Shown one piece after another: positions 8,642-19,295 of a stretch of 64,000 bases of DNA; position 1 is the first letter of the stretch, and each line of letters starts with the position of its first letter. The stretch is from positions 128,001-192,000 of the forward strand of contig CBDCTJ010000007.1 in the NCBI GenBank assembly GCA_965222115.1. Reading direction: 5' to 3'. The notes under the pieces were generated by a model that searched no databases, was not told the DNA's origin, and saw only the letters and a program-made list of their open reading frames with translations. Source of the stretch: Planctomycetota bacterium. GTDB lineage: Bacteria > Planctomycetota > PLA2 > JAEUHO01. Position numbers and translations under genes: made by a program.

Positions 8642-9616
8642 TTATGCATCGGGGGATATATACGAACTAGATATGTTCACCGAAACGAGTACGACCCGAA
8701 CTTGAATCGCAATCAAGCGTTCCAGAAATGCGAGCGCTGGAGATTCCAGCGATTGCCTTGCCGTGATGCGGCCCCCGAAAGGGCCAACGCGTCGACTCCA
8801 AATGATTTCGTCGTAAGGTGGGTCTCAAGTAGCACCCACTTTGGACGCCATAGAACTGTCCTCGGATCATGGAGAATGATTGGTATGTCTCGAGCAGCGA
8901 CACGCCTAGTCTTGGCTCTTGCTTCCGATTGCGGCGAGGAGAATCGGGTCGAATTGGACCTGCCCCCTACCCAATGCCTCCACTCATTTTCGAAGAACCA
9001 CTCTCAGCTGTCCGTTCCATACTTGTGATTCCGTTTCCTCAGGCGCACAGATGGAGGTCGATCTCAAGGAGCGGAACGGGATCGTGACTCCGAGTACAGG
9101 CCGCCGGGTGGGAACAACACCGTGCAGGGTCTAGTTGGAGGCATCGGACGTTGTACGGAGGATCGGCATTACGGTCATGTTGGCAATGCCGCACCACTTC
9201 AACTTCAATGCGGGCATCAGCGACGAGTTGAAGAAGTTCAACGCGGGAGGTGAGTACAAATTGTCACAGCGCCCCATCAACGTGAACCGAATCGAATAGT
9301 AGGCTGAACCGCAAGGCTCGAGATTCAAGCATGCTGATCAGCCAAGTCTGCTGCATGTTTCGTTCGAACACTCGTACGCCTGGATCGCTGAGAGAATCGC
9401 ACCACCCTCATAGTGTATTGCAACGAGATGCAGTGACGTGGAACGGCAACAGCCGATTCACGACATAGACGTGCTTCCCCGAAACCGCAACCTGCATCAA
9501 GTTCGACACTTGCGGCTTGCCCACACCGGCCTGCCAAACCGGAGGTCGCAAGTTTGAGCATGTTCTGAGCTTGTCGAATGGGTTTCGTCACTCCCGTCAT
9601 TCCCCCTCCGATAGCA

Positions 9617-9696
9617 ACTGCGTCGCCCGGCCACCACGCTACCTCCCCGCGACCGGGTGAGAGGATAGGCCGAAATGTTATTGGAGGCGGTAAGGG
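9617..9696. repeat. ~80-bp direct repeat, copy 2
   Basis: Aligns with 21-101. Confidence 0.9.
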
Positions 9697-9810
9697 AGTG
9701 GGTCAACATGGATCGTTGGTTCGATCTAAACTTGGGGTCGCGCTGCGCGAGGGGCGCAAAATCGTCGCGATTCGACGGCCGTTGACCTTGGCTGCGCAAC
9801 ACAAGGTGAT

Positions 9811-10308
9811 TTACGACGCAGGCATGTCCATCCCGCCCCAGCAGTTGGCTGTTCCGATGTCGGCGTTGCCAGCGGCCTTGGCGTGCAGAAAGAGTTGCAT
9901 GCGGTAGGCCACCAACGAGCCATACGCCAACATGAGTATTCCGCTCGCGAGGCTCGCGGATTGGCCCCACGGCAGATCCACTTCGCGTTCCGACAGATCC
10001 TTGTCGGTGAACTCCGAAAACACCGCTCTGAGAGCATCTGCTTGGCGCTTCATTGCCGCCGGGAACTCCTCTGAAGTAAGCGAGTCGGCGTCCTTAGCCA
10101 TTTCGTTATAGGCCTCGAACGACCCTTCAGCCAAGCCGCGCGTGGCGCCAACGCCCACATAAGAAAGATAGCGCATCAACTCAATCGTGCTTCGCTGGGC
10201 CGGCGTAAACCGAAAGTCGAGCCCCTCGGCGGGAACCTTGCTATGTAGGTGGACTACGATTTGGCATTCTCGCAGCATCATGTCCAAGAGTTCTTGCTTG
10301 CTGATCAT
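9811..10308 (-). CDS. DinB-like four-helix bundle protein
   Basis: LDFRFTPAQRSTIELMRYL...AYRMQLFL pattern. Confidence 0.7.
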   Translation of the reverse strand: MISKQELLDMMLRECQIVVHLHSKVPAEGLDFRFTPAQRSTIELMRYLSYVGVGATRGLAEGSFEAYNEMAKDADSLTSEEFPAAMKRQADALRAVFSEFTDKDLSEREVDLPWGQSASLASGILMLAYGSLVAYRMQLFLHAKAAGNADIGTANCWGGMDMPAS

Positions 10309-10637
10309 GGCGAATCCTCACGATGTGGTTCAAACGGACGAGTGTCGATGCGTCCGACGTCCAGTTCGGCCCGCGAAGACGTTCACGTGATTCGTAGGGT
10401 ACGAGAATAACAAGTATACGTCACAAGCGTACGTAAGGAGCGCACGGGTGGATTTCTTGCGAGCGCGACGAGGAGCCGTTTGTTCATCGCTTCATGAGTT
10501 CGACGGAGAATGGCACGCGCGAGCGAAGAACATTCCAGCGTACGGGCTTGATGGAGGCGCGTCTCGCCAATTGACAACGTATAGCGATGACAATGTATAG
10601 CGATGGCAGCGTGGTAGCTCACCATCGCGGTTCAGCG

Positions 10638-11201
10638 CTACTGCATGTGTACGGGCGGCCCTTGACTCCACCCAGGCGCAAACAGGTTAGAAGCAATGAT
10701 GGCCTGCGCCGCGCGAAACGCCGCCTCGTCTAAACAACTTTGCTCGCCCGTAATGGCGAATCCATCGTGATGCATCTCGCCGAGGCCCACGGCGACTTCA
10801 TGCGTGTCGATGGGCGGGCGCAATGGATCCCAGGGCAAGCCTTCAAAAATGCGCACACGCAATACACAACCAGTAGTAGGCGACCATTCAATCTCGTACG
10901 TAATGAAATAGCGAATGAGGCTTATGTCTTCTCCGTTTGAAAGATAGGCATTCCAATCGATCATAAAAGGGGAGTCGCGCGGTGTAGTTGCAGGGCCTCT
11001 CAACTCTTCACGTAGCGCGGACGTCGGCAGTGTTTCGTCGCTTGCGTTGAGCCTCCGATGGCTTAGGTAGGCGTCGATCGGAACAATGGCAATGGCGTTG
11101 TAATCACGTCCAATGAAGTCGAAACCCGAGCCTTGCCCGCCACTGCTTCCACCGCAACCACTCAGCGAAGCGATCGCAAGAATACAGAGGAGTCGGTGCA
11201 T
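10638..11201 (-). CDS. hypothetical lipoprotein
   Basis: MHRLLCILAIASLSG-C lipobox followed by a Gly/Ser linker; GGAG RBS. Confidence 0.7.
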   Translation of the reverse strand: MHRLLCILAIASLSGCGGSSGGQGSGFDFIGRDYNAIAIVPIDAYLSHRRLNASDETLPTSALREELRGPATTPRDSPFMIDWNAYLSNGEDISLIRYFITYEIEWSPTTGCVLRVRIFEGLPWDPLRPPIDTHEVAVGLGEMHHDGFAITGEQSCLDEAAFRAAQAIIASNLFAPGWSQGPPVHMQ

Positions 11202-11572
11202 GGGTATCTCCGAGCGGCATGATAGCACCATGCGTTACGGCGCCACAACCAGAGTCTCCTCAATGACGACCCGGAACGCTTCCCCGTCCAACTGTTTGAT
11301 CATGAACTCGGTGCAGCCAGCATTATGCAGCGTTCACGTTCCCTGGCCATGGCATGCGCCGTAAGTGCGACAAGCGGGATCTTCACGCCTTTCGCAGGCA
11401 CTCATCGATCTCAGTGCCGAGCGTGGGCCAGGCACCCATGACATGGCATCAACATTCGGAGTAATCGGGTAGGCAACGCAATCCGAGCGACGAGAATTTC
11501 TTCCCGTTTCATTGATGCAAAGTGAGAGACTCTGCTGATCCGGTTGTGAGGCGTTGCGAACTCGAAATGACG

Positions 11573-14122
11573 CTACTTTGCCTGAAGCTGAATCACAACC
11601 TCTGCAGGCTCTCCGCTAAGGAGTCGAACGTCTTGAGGTGGAATCGTCTCGTAGCCAGGGATAGGCCCTAGCACGAGCCTATAGTTGCCCGGCTTAGCCA
11701 TCGTTATCCCAAGGGAACTATCCCCGTAGTAGATCTCGCGAAGTTGCTCAACCGTAGTGCCATTTCGCTGGAGCTCCGCACGCCAATGCATGTTCCAGGG
11801 AATGTTCGTCGTGCCTTGCATCAGACGCACGCGGAGCGTCGCGGTAGGCCTCACTTCGAGCGTCGTTTCGACTCGTGACTCATGTAGGGAGATTCGCTCG
11901 GGACCACCAAAATGGGTGTATCCCAACGATCGAATCTCGTAGTCGCCAAAGGGTACGCGAACTCTGAACGGCTGCGTAGGCGCCTTGCGTTGAATCGCCT
12001 TCCACCCCCTACCACTGTCGATCGCCCGAAACCCCAACGTCGAAATGGGAGCGTCTTCGTCGCCCGAGGTATGAACATCGAGCGTTGCAGGGGGAGGAAT
12101 CGCAATGCGAATGAACGAATCGGTTGGCGCACTCATGTCAATACTCGTGGCGTACCCGAAGTGAGGGAAGCTCAACCCATAAGGCCCTCTAGGTAGCGAA
12201 CCTGCATTGAACTTAATGACGCGAGGCTCATCGGGATCTGAAGTGAGCCCCTTACCTAGAGACAGGGACCGGAGAACGTGAGGCCGCCCCATCCCCGGTG
12301 CAGGGGTTGTACCGTCCAATCGAGATAATGACCGTGAATCAGAGTTGGTCAATCGATAAGGGAAGTGTGGCGTCACATGCATCACGATGTGATCAATGGA
12401 CCAATCTTGGGGAACCACCAATTCGCCTGCAACGATGGCGTGCTCGCGTTTCCCAGGAGGTGAATATCTCACTTGAACATCGGTCGATTCACCAGGCGCT
12501 ATGAGAAATCGAGCTTCACCGATATTGACGGAACCGCCGATGTCCCCCGTTAGATGTAAGCGTGCCAAAAACGAACCCGGAGTCAAGCCTTCGATGTTCA
12601 CCGTGCCCGAAGACGAAATGGTCCGCCTCGCTGTCACGTGTCGTGTAGATTCCGGTGGACCATAGAGGTAGAGCGTGGCAGGCCATGGGAGCGTATCGCC
12701 AACGAGCTCAATCGACACCGTACCTGCGCGATGCAGTTCGACCGTTTGCTGATGCCCGTCAAAGACCTTTATCTGAACGTTGCTCCACGCGTAGCCCGGG
12801 GCGCCTACGCGGTAGTCAACCTCTTCCATACCAACTTCGAGGGTGGTGATTCGGTGCTCAATAGGATTCATAACGAGGTCCCCCAGTTTGGCTCCAGCGC
12901 GAGGCGTTCGCTCGTTGACTTCGTCGTTTGACTGACCAGTCAGACTAATCATGTGGACTTCGGGGATCAACAACCCCGTCTCGGCGTCCACAACACGAAG
13001 CCTCAGATTGGGCACAAGGCGCGCATGGATATCGACTTGATGACTGCCATGTAGCTCCAAGACTTCATCGGGCGACATGATCTGAGCAAGCGCCGATCCA
13101 ACCTCGATGTACGAAAACATGAGCTGTGAGTGAGACTTACGGACATCGCACGTATAGCGTCCTTGATCGATCTTCGCTGTAATGAGTTCTTCGGTGTTTC
13201 CGCCCATGGACACCAAATGGAGTTTCCCTAAGTCGGATGAAACGGAGTCACCCCGCATGTCCACCACAGACACGACGCCCTGCACGCGCGAAACCGCTGC
13301 TCGCGGCTTGACGTGAGTGGCGATGTCATGCGCAGGCCCGGACGCTCCCTCGTCGGCTTCCTTCCCCGACTTGGTTGGCCTCACGCCAACGAGCACGACG
13401 GGAGACGATGTAACCTCACTTGCGATTGCGGGCAATGTCACGGCATCTTGCTCGGAACGTGCCATGACAACATCCTGGCTCTTCGGTTGCAACACGCGAT
13501 GAACAGCCCACCCTGCTGCCAATAGCGAAACTAGAGCCGTGGCCACGATCACGACCGGAGAGATCGAAAGAGCCACTCCTGGTGTGCCTCGAGCAATACC
13601 ATTCATCGACACGAATGCCAGAGGCCACGCGCGTCCTTCGCGATCTTCCAACTCTCGTCGAAGATCGGCCATGGCACGCTTCAAGCGAGTCTTGATGGTC
13701 TCAACGGGTGCGTTCAATCGTGCGGCAATATGGCGTGGCGCAAGATCCTCGAAAAATCGAAGTTCAATCACCTCGCGCTTGGCGGGCGACAGCTTGCAAA
13801 TCGCCGAGACGACGGACTGGGCTTGTTCGATTCGTTCCATACGCAAGTCGGGCTGCTCTTCCACCGCACCGATACGACTCGACTTCTCACGTGCGCTTCG
13901 CCTTGCATCAGATCGCCACGACTTACGCACAACGTTGCGCATGACTTGCGAGAGCCAGGCACGCGTGGTGGAACCCCGGCGAGGCGGCGACTTGAGTGCT
14001 ACGAGCAGTGTCTCTTGGAGCGCGTCATCCGCGGCCGCCGCGTCGTGAACCAATGCACGGGCAAGACGTTTCAACGGCTCGATATGCTTGACGATCTCTG
14101 CGGGTGTAGTGAGGGGTGGCAT
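11573..14122 (-). CDS. ECF sigma factor with TM helix and large extracytoplasmic beta-sandwich (carboxypeptidase-regulatory-like) extension
   Basis: LARALV...ADDALQET...AWL; sigma4 REVIELRFFEDL...VETIKTRLKRA; TM about aa 185-205. Confidence 0.88.
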   Translation of the reverse strand: MPPLTTPAEIVKHIEPLKRLARALVHDAAAADDALQETLLVALKSPPRRGSTTRAWLSQVMRNVVRKSWRSDARRSAREKSSRIGAVEEQPDLRMERIEQAQSVVSAICKLSPAKREVIELRFFEDLAPRHIAARLNAPVETIKTRLKRAMADLRRELEDREGRAWPLAFVSMNGIARGTPGVALSISPVVIVATALVSLLAAGWAVHRVLQPKSQDVVMARSEQDAVTLPAIASEVTSSPVVLVGVRPTKSGKEADEGASGPAHDIATHVKPRAAVSRVQGVVSVVDMRGDSVSSDLGKLHLVSMGGNTEELITAKIDQGRYTCDVRKSHSQLMFSYIEVGSALAQIMSPDEVLELHGSHQVDIHARLVPNLRLRVVDAETGLLIPEVHMISLTGQSNDEVNERTPRAGAKLGDLVMNPIEHRITTLEVGMEEVDYRVGAPGYAWSNVQIKVFDGHQQTVELHRAGTVSIELVGDTLPWPATLYLYGPPESTRHVTARRTISSSGTVNIEGLTPGSFLARLHLTGDIGGSVNIGEARFLIAPGESTDVQVRYSPPGKREHAIVAGELVVPQDWSIDHIVMHVTPHFPYRLTNSDSRSLSRLDGTTPAPGMGRPHVLRSLSLGKGLTSDPDEPRVIKFNAGSLPRGPYGLSFPHFGYATSIDMSAPTDSFIRIAIPPPATLDVHTSGDEDAPISTLGFRAIDSGRGWKAIQRKAPTQPFRVRVPFGDYEIRSLGYTHFGGPERISLHESRVETTLEVRPTATLRVRLMQGTTNIPWNMHWRAELQRNGTTVEQLREIYYGDSSLGITMAKPGNYRLVLGPIPGYETIPPQDVRLLSGEPAEVVIQLQAK

Positions 14123-14612
14123 TACCTACTGTATCCCACGGCGGTACATTCGGGTTCAGAGTGCCTTTCGTCTGATTACTTGGACAAACGCATTCGCTCA
14201 ATTATCGGTGCAACCAGTATCCCGGTCGTCGTTTGGAATGTGCGATTACCAAAACGTGTACCTGCGTTGGGTTTTCAATGACGAAGACTTGAAAAGGAAA
14301 CCGCACTTTCTGCCTCGGGCGCAACCGAAACTCGCCGAGTCACTGTGACTAAAGCATCGCTAGAACTAGCGGCATCGAGTTTCCGACAAGACTCCCATGA
14401 GGCAAGATCGGATGCAGAGAGCCGCAGGGACGCGTTTCGGCAACAGCCGATTTGTGACATGAATGCCTCACCAGTAATCCATAAGCATCGTTGGTGTCGC
14501 CACTTAAGACCCACCCCCACCCGCATGTCGAGTGGGTCCCGTTACTCTGGGGCTGTCCAATAATTCTCATTTTGATTGAAATGAATTGGCGCCGAGTGGT
14601 TAGGTGGAGGTG

Positions 14613-16844
14613 ATGGGACGCATATCAACCAGCATGTGGTCCGCTTGGCTATCTACGCGTGACAATAGTGTGTTCGAGGGGCTCGTACGACCCGAGTTGC
14701 CAGCGCTCTACGACGCCGCACGTAGGACCGGGCTTGGTTCGCACGACGCGGAAGACATCGTGCAGGAAGCCCTGAGTGAGTTGGCGCGGGATCATAGCCA
14801 ACGACCGGGCCAAGTCGGCGTGGGCGCATGGTTGATGCGTTCGGTGCGCCTGAAGGCGCTGGGGCGAATTCGTTCGAAGCGGCGTCGGCGAAGGCATGAA
14901 AGGCGAAAGCCCGAGCGTGCCGCAGAACGCCAAGGCGATCGACTCGAGTTTCACGATGAGATTGAGCAAGCGTTGGAGAAGCTAGGTGCGGCGGACCGGC
15001 AAGTTCTGCTGTTCCGATTTCTGTATGACCTCGACTACCGTGAGATTAGCTACGTCTTAGGCGTCTCGGAAAACGCGTGCCGCATTCGCGTTCACCGCGC
15101 GTCCACACGAATGCGAGAGCATGTAGGTGCCCGCGCGCCAACGATGCTCGCGCTGATGCCGTTGTGTGATTTGCCCAACACTGCCAGCGTGCTCGCGACG
15201 GCAACCAAAGCAGCAGGAACTGCAGGCGGCGCATGGGCCGCGTGGACCGGAGGCGTTCTCATGGGTACGGGACTGAAAATGGCAAGCTCCGCGGCGATCG
15301 CCGCGGCCCTCACTGCAGGCGTGGTGTTGACAACAATGGATCAAGAGCAACCCGCTCTGGATCCCAACAGCGAACCAGTCATCGTGGCTGAGTCGACAAC
15401 GGAAACGGCAGAACCTAGCCTCACGGTTCGCGAACGTCAGGCGTTCGAAACGCTTAACCCGACGGAAGAGGAAATCGCTTGGCTAAAAGCTCGACTGAAA
15501 GAGGAACGTAATCGCCGAGCACAGGCGCACGTGCAACCGAGCGACTCGGGCATTGACATATTGCGACGCGCTATCGATCACGGTATGGATCCATGGCAGC
15601 TCATGGCCGACTTCGAGCGGTTTAGCAGCCACGTGCGAACGGGCGAAGGACGGCGAGAGACGTATGTGGCGTCTGGAGAAGAAACGACCAAAGTAAGTCT
15701 TGCCAAGGCCCTGAAGGAAGGCGTGTGCGTGATCGAGTTCGGGCCTGGCATTTTTGACGTGACAGGGCTGCATTACCTCAGTAGGACGAAACCGATCCAT
15801 AGTCTGGAGTTCATCGGCGCAGGAATGAACAAGACAACGCTCAACATGGCGCGTCACGAAGAGTTGCTCGTTACCGAGGAACTCAGCAACTTGCGATTCC
15901 GCGATTTGACACTGGACTACGGCACAGAATGTGAATTGCTGGACGTTCGGGATGCAACGGCCGCAATCTTGGAGCGCGTTCGGATTCGAAACTGGGGTAC
16001 AGGCGCCGGATACAGCGCAGCGATCGGTGTAGCCGGCATGGCGTACCTAGGGTGCACAGACTGTGAATTCGAACACACAGAGGGATGCGGAGGAGGATTC
16101 GCTGCAGACTTCCGGGGACCGGGTGTCGCCGTTTTCGAGCGCTGTGTGTTTCGCGACATACGCAGTACCGTACTCGGGGATCAAAACGCCAAAGGGAGCC
16201 AGGTGTTATTTAACGGCTGCACGTTTACTGACTCAGCGCTCACGGACAGTCGCATAGGCACGAGAGACGGTACATCCTCGCTTGAGATCCGCGTAAAGAG
16301 TTCGAGCGCTACCTATGGCGGTACCGAATGGACTCAGGAATATCGTCGAGAGCGCTGGGGCACACAGTTCGCCGCAGAAATTAGGGACACCACGATTGAG
16401 CCCAGTCAGAATTCGTGTACATCCGCGGATCTAGTCGCAGCGTTGCAGCTTCTTGACTTGCCAAGCAATGAAGTTGTGCACCACGTCAGCGTGATGCGGT
16501 TTATGGAGGGAGAGATTAGCGCACTCTCCCTTAACGCACACGTGTCCGGCAAGCGACAGACGAAGACGTATACCTGCCTGCTCAAGGACGGCGAGTGGAT
16601 TGTCCGTGTCAACCCAAGGGGCGGTGGGTATGGATATCATCTAGCCGATGAACACAACCCACAGGAACTGACCACCTTGTTGGCAGCGGTGCCACCGGAC
16701 TATCAAATTCGTAGCGCAGTCCTGCAAATGGTAGGTACTGCCAAAGAGCCAGTGCCTGGCCTCTATGTAAAAGATGATCACGGATCGAAAACGCTCCCCG
16801 TCATCATTCACGCAGAAACCGGCAAAGTTCTCACGCCACGCTAG
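14613..16844 (+). CDS. ECF sigma factor with TM helix and C-terminal parallel beta-helix-like domain
   Basis: DAEDIVQEA, LDYREISYVLGVSENACRIRVHRA; FGPGIFD, FIGAGMNKT and FxxCxF repeats. Confidence 0.85.
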   Translation: MGRISTSMWSAWLSTRDNSVFEGLVRPELPALYDAARRTGLGSHDAEDIVQEALSELARDHSQRPGQVGVGAWLMRSVRLKALGRIRSKRRRRRHERRKPERAAERQGDRLEFHDEIEQALEKLGAADRQVLLFRFLYDLDYREISYVLGVSENACRIRVHRASTRMREHVGARAPTMLALMPLCDLPNTASVLATATKAAGTAGGAWAAWTGGVLMGTGLKMASSAAIAAALTAGVVLTTMDQEQPALDPNSEPVIVAESTTETAEPSLTVRERQAFETLNPTEEEIAWLKARLKEERNRRAQAHVQPSDSGIDILRRAIDHGMDPWQLMADFERFSSHVRTGEGRRETYVASGEETTKVSLAKALKEGVCVIEFGPGIFDVTGLHYLSRTKPIHSLEFIGAGMNKTTLNMARHEELLVTEELSNLRFRDLTLDYGTECELLDVRDATAAILERVRIRNWGTGAGYSAAIGVAGMAYLGCTDCEFEHTEGCGGGFAADFRGPGVAVFERCVFRDIRSTVLGDQNAKGSQVLFNGCTFTDSALTDSRIGTRDGTSSLEIRVKSSSATYGGTEWTQEYRRERWGTQFAAEIRDTTIEPSQNSCTSADLVAALQLLDLPSNEVVHHVSVMRFMEGEISALSLNAHVSGKRQTKTYTCLLKDGEWIVRVNPRGGGYGYHLADEHNPQELTTLLAAVPPDYQIRSAVLQMVGTAKEPVPGLYVKDDHGSKTLPVIIHAETGKVLTPR

Positions 16845-17033
16845 CAGTTTCGAGGCGTTCCGTGAAATCCCCGAGGACATGACTGCAACTCGCAGATCGC
16901 CCTGTTTTCTTTGGGCGAGCAGGCCACGGTGAATGGATGGACTTCACCCTTCGCGATTTACGGGAATGTAGAGCACGGCCGCGAAACGGAGCAGATGTCT
17001 ATTGCCAAGAAGATGCGAGGACTTCATGCGAGT

Positions 17034-18845
17034 CTATTTAGGAAGCGGTGAATTCTGTTCCATATAATTCTTCGGTCGAATAATCAATGGGCGGATCACA
17101 CGCGGAGCAACGTTACCACTCGCCGTTGCCACCTTGACACCCCCAAGACTGACATCGAACGAGTAACTCCCTACAGGCAACGGCCCCAGTATGAGCCCAG
17201 GTCTTACTGCCACCACTTTTTCCACACGCTCCGGATAAGTGTCTTCAGGCAAATAGTCACTCGCGGGAATCAAGCCACCGTCGCTTGCTTGCAACGTCAT
17301 TTGCCCCAGACTCTGATTTGCAACCGTGGTCGGAACCACTACGAGGTATCCTCCGGGGGCCAGATCGAAGTGGAGCGATTCGATCGGGGACTGCAACGAT
17401 GAACGATGCACGAGCCAGGGACCAACCATTGCGTATGCGTGTGTTCCCTTACGGGCCATAAAGGGAAGCGACTGCTCTTCGAGACGATTCCACTGAGGCC
17501 CCAAAGACACGGTTTCGCTCTCTAACACCTCTTCGTCGGTCCCAGCTTCAAGACGCGACACGAACATATGTAGTTCCGCGTCGGCGCCAACCGCACCACC
17601 CAGATTGTACGTGAAGGCAAGAGGCTCACGTTGAACATGCGTGGCTATCGACTCTTCATCATCCCTCTCCCAAGTGAAACGACATTCCACATTCGCCACA
17701 CCGAGTTCGTTAACATCGAATGACGTCGGACTCGTGATCTTCCATGGAGTCGCGACAGACATGACCCACGTACCTAAGGGTAAGTGGGTTCGGATTCGGG
17801 AGCGTTTATGATGCCCGATGGCGAATGACACGCGGCGGAAACCACCCTCGATTGATTCGAGCATCACGCACATACGACCTCTGCAATGTTGAAATGAGTC
17901 ATCATCGACGTGAAAATTTAGCTGTACACGACCCATTGAAACTAAGCGCAAAGCCCTCGTTTCACCGGCTCGAACTGTTTGAGGACTGGCCACGAGTTGC
18001 GGCGAGACAATCTCATCTGAAAGAAACACGTCGTCTGAAAGTTGTTTCGCCGTGGGAGTATCCATCTGAATGAAGACGTGAAACTCTGTAGAAGGGGCCA
18101 CACCGGGAAAGAACACTTTACCTTCTACAAATTGCTGACGATCAAACCCACTTGAACGCTCTTGAGGTCCGGGATAGTCGACTAAGGGCAGATCAGATAC
18201 CTGCTGAATCGACGCACTCCCACTTCGGGTTTCGACATAGCGAAGCGCGTCCACGCCGATCGGCTCCAGCGTGATCGTTTGAAGCCGTGGAAGATTGAAG
18301 TGAACCACCCCTACACCGCCTTCGACCAAACGAACTGACTTGCCGCTGCTGCCTCCTACTCCGTACAAGATGCCCACATACCATTGTCCGGCTGTTGGAA
18401 GACTCAGCTCAACGGAACGCTCTCCTGCCCGGACATTCATGGATCTTTGGACAGCGGGCTCGCGGGGCATTGCATCGAGCTCTAGAAGGCTGCTTGTTCC
18501 ATCTCCGGGCCTAGCGTAGGCCGTTACGCCTCGGAGCGTTTCCGCGTCATCCTGCGTGTCGACGACAACGAGAACCCGCGCGCGCTCCCATGCGTCCTGA
18601 ACTTCGGCGTTAGGTTCCGCGACGCCGACTTTTGTGACCATGCGATGGATTTCAGGCATTGAGCGTGAAGGCGCCATAGTGCTTGAATTCCCAACCGCTG
18701 CTCCTTGAAGTGTGGGCACATGGCCAGGCTCCGAATAGCTCGGAATCTCATCCACACAAACATCGCAGGGATATGGTGCGAGCAGCAAGCCCAACCAGCC
18801 TCCTATTACGAGGCCGAACAAAAGCATGGGGAGGCGCGTCATCAT
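17034..18845 (-). CDS. hypothetical membrane-anchored beta-rich protein
   Basis: Long ORF with N-terminal hydrophobic segment; start approximate. Confidence 0.65.
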   Translation of the reverse strand: MMTRLPMLLFGLVIGGWLGLLLAPYPCDVCVDEIPSYSEPGHVPTLQGAAVGNSSTMAPSRSMPEIHRMVTKVGVAEPNAEVQDAWERARVLVVVDTQDDAETLRGVTAYARPGDGTSSLLELDAMPREPAVQRSMNVRAGERSVELSLPTAGQWYVGILYGVGGSSGKSVRLVEGGVGVVHFNLPRLQTITLEPIGVDALRYVETRSGSASIQQVSDLPLVDYPGPQERSSGFDRQQFVEGKVFFPGVAPSTEFHVFIQMDTPTAKQLSDDVFLSDEIVSPQLVASPQTVRAGETRALRLVSMGRVQLNFHVDDDSFQHCRGRMCVMLESIEGGFRRVSFAIGHHKRSRIRTHLPLGTWVMSVATPWKITSPTSFDVNELGVANVECRFTWERDDEESIATHVQREPLAFTYNLGGAVGADAELHMFVSRLEAGTDEEVLESETVSLGPQWNRLEEQSLPFMARKGTHAYAMVGPWLVHRSSLQSPIESLHFDLAPGGYLVVVPTTVANQSLGQMTLQASDGGLIPASDYLPEDTYPERVEKVVAVRPGLILGPLPVGSYSFDVSLGGVKVATASGNVAPRVIRPLIIRPKNYMEQNSPLPK

Positions 18846-19220
18846 GTCCCCACAATAACGCGATCCGCCTCGCACGATCTTAGCTCTGCCTTGGCACTGT
18901 CTCTACAGCGTTACACCATTCGCCAGCGTCCACTTGACGCCCAGCAGAGTGACTTCTGAGGGCTACACTCTGAAACTCTGACTAGAGCGCAGTCGGCGAC
19001 ATTAATCCACTTGTGTCGCTCTCTCATTGACAATCGCGTCGTCGATCGCCGCGACATGCCGGATCTCTCGTCTCAACGCTCATGCGCTAGCGCCCGAAGT
19101 TGTGCTTAATGGCGCGCTAGTACGGCAAGATGCAATGGCGTGGTACGTCAACAGCCGATTCACGACATGGACGTTTCACCAACGATTCGTAAGCATCGTC
19201 GGCGCATGAAGCCATGCGTC

Positions 19221-19238
19221 GATTCATGCACCAACGCC
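19221..19238. mobile_element. solo IS903-like terminal IR copy
   Basis: GATTCATGCACCAACGCC identical to 2898-2915; a degenerate inverted copy lies just upstream (~19197-19211). Confidence 0.7.
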
Positions 19239-19295
19239 GCTTCGCGCTGAACCCGATCGAATCTGCGCCGTTAGAAGTAGCTGGAGGGTCATATC

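Noticed and set aside
8642-9600. Short ORFs at the right end of the island, including a plus-frame fragment ~9135-9299 and ORF 9325-9600
   Set aside because: No recognisable motifs; probably decayed sequence, so not called as genes
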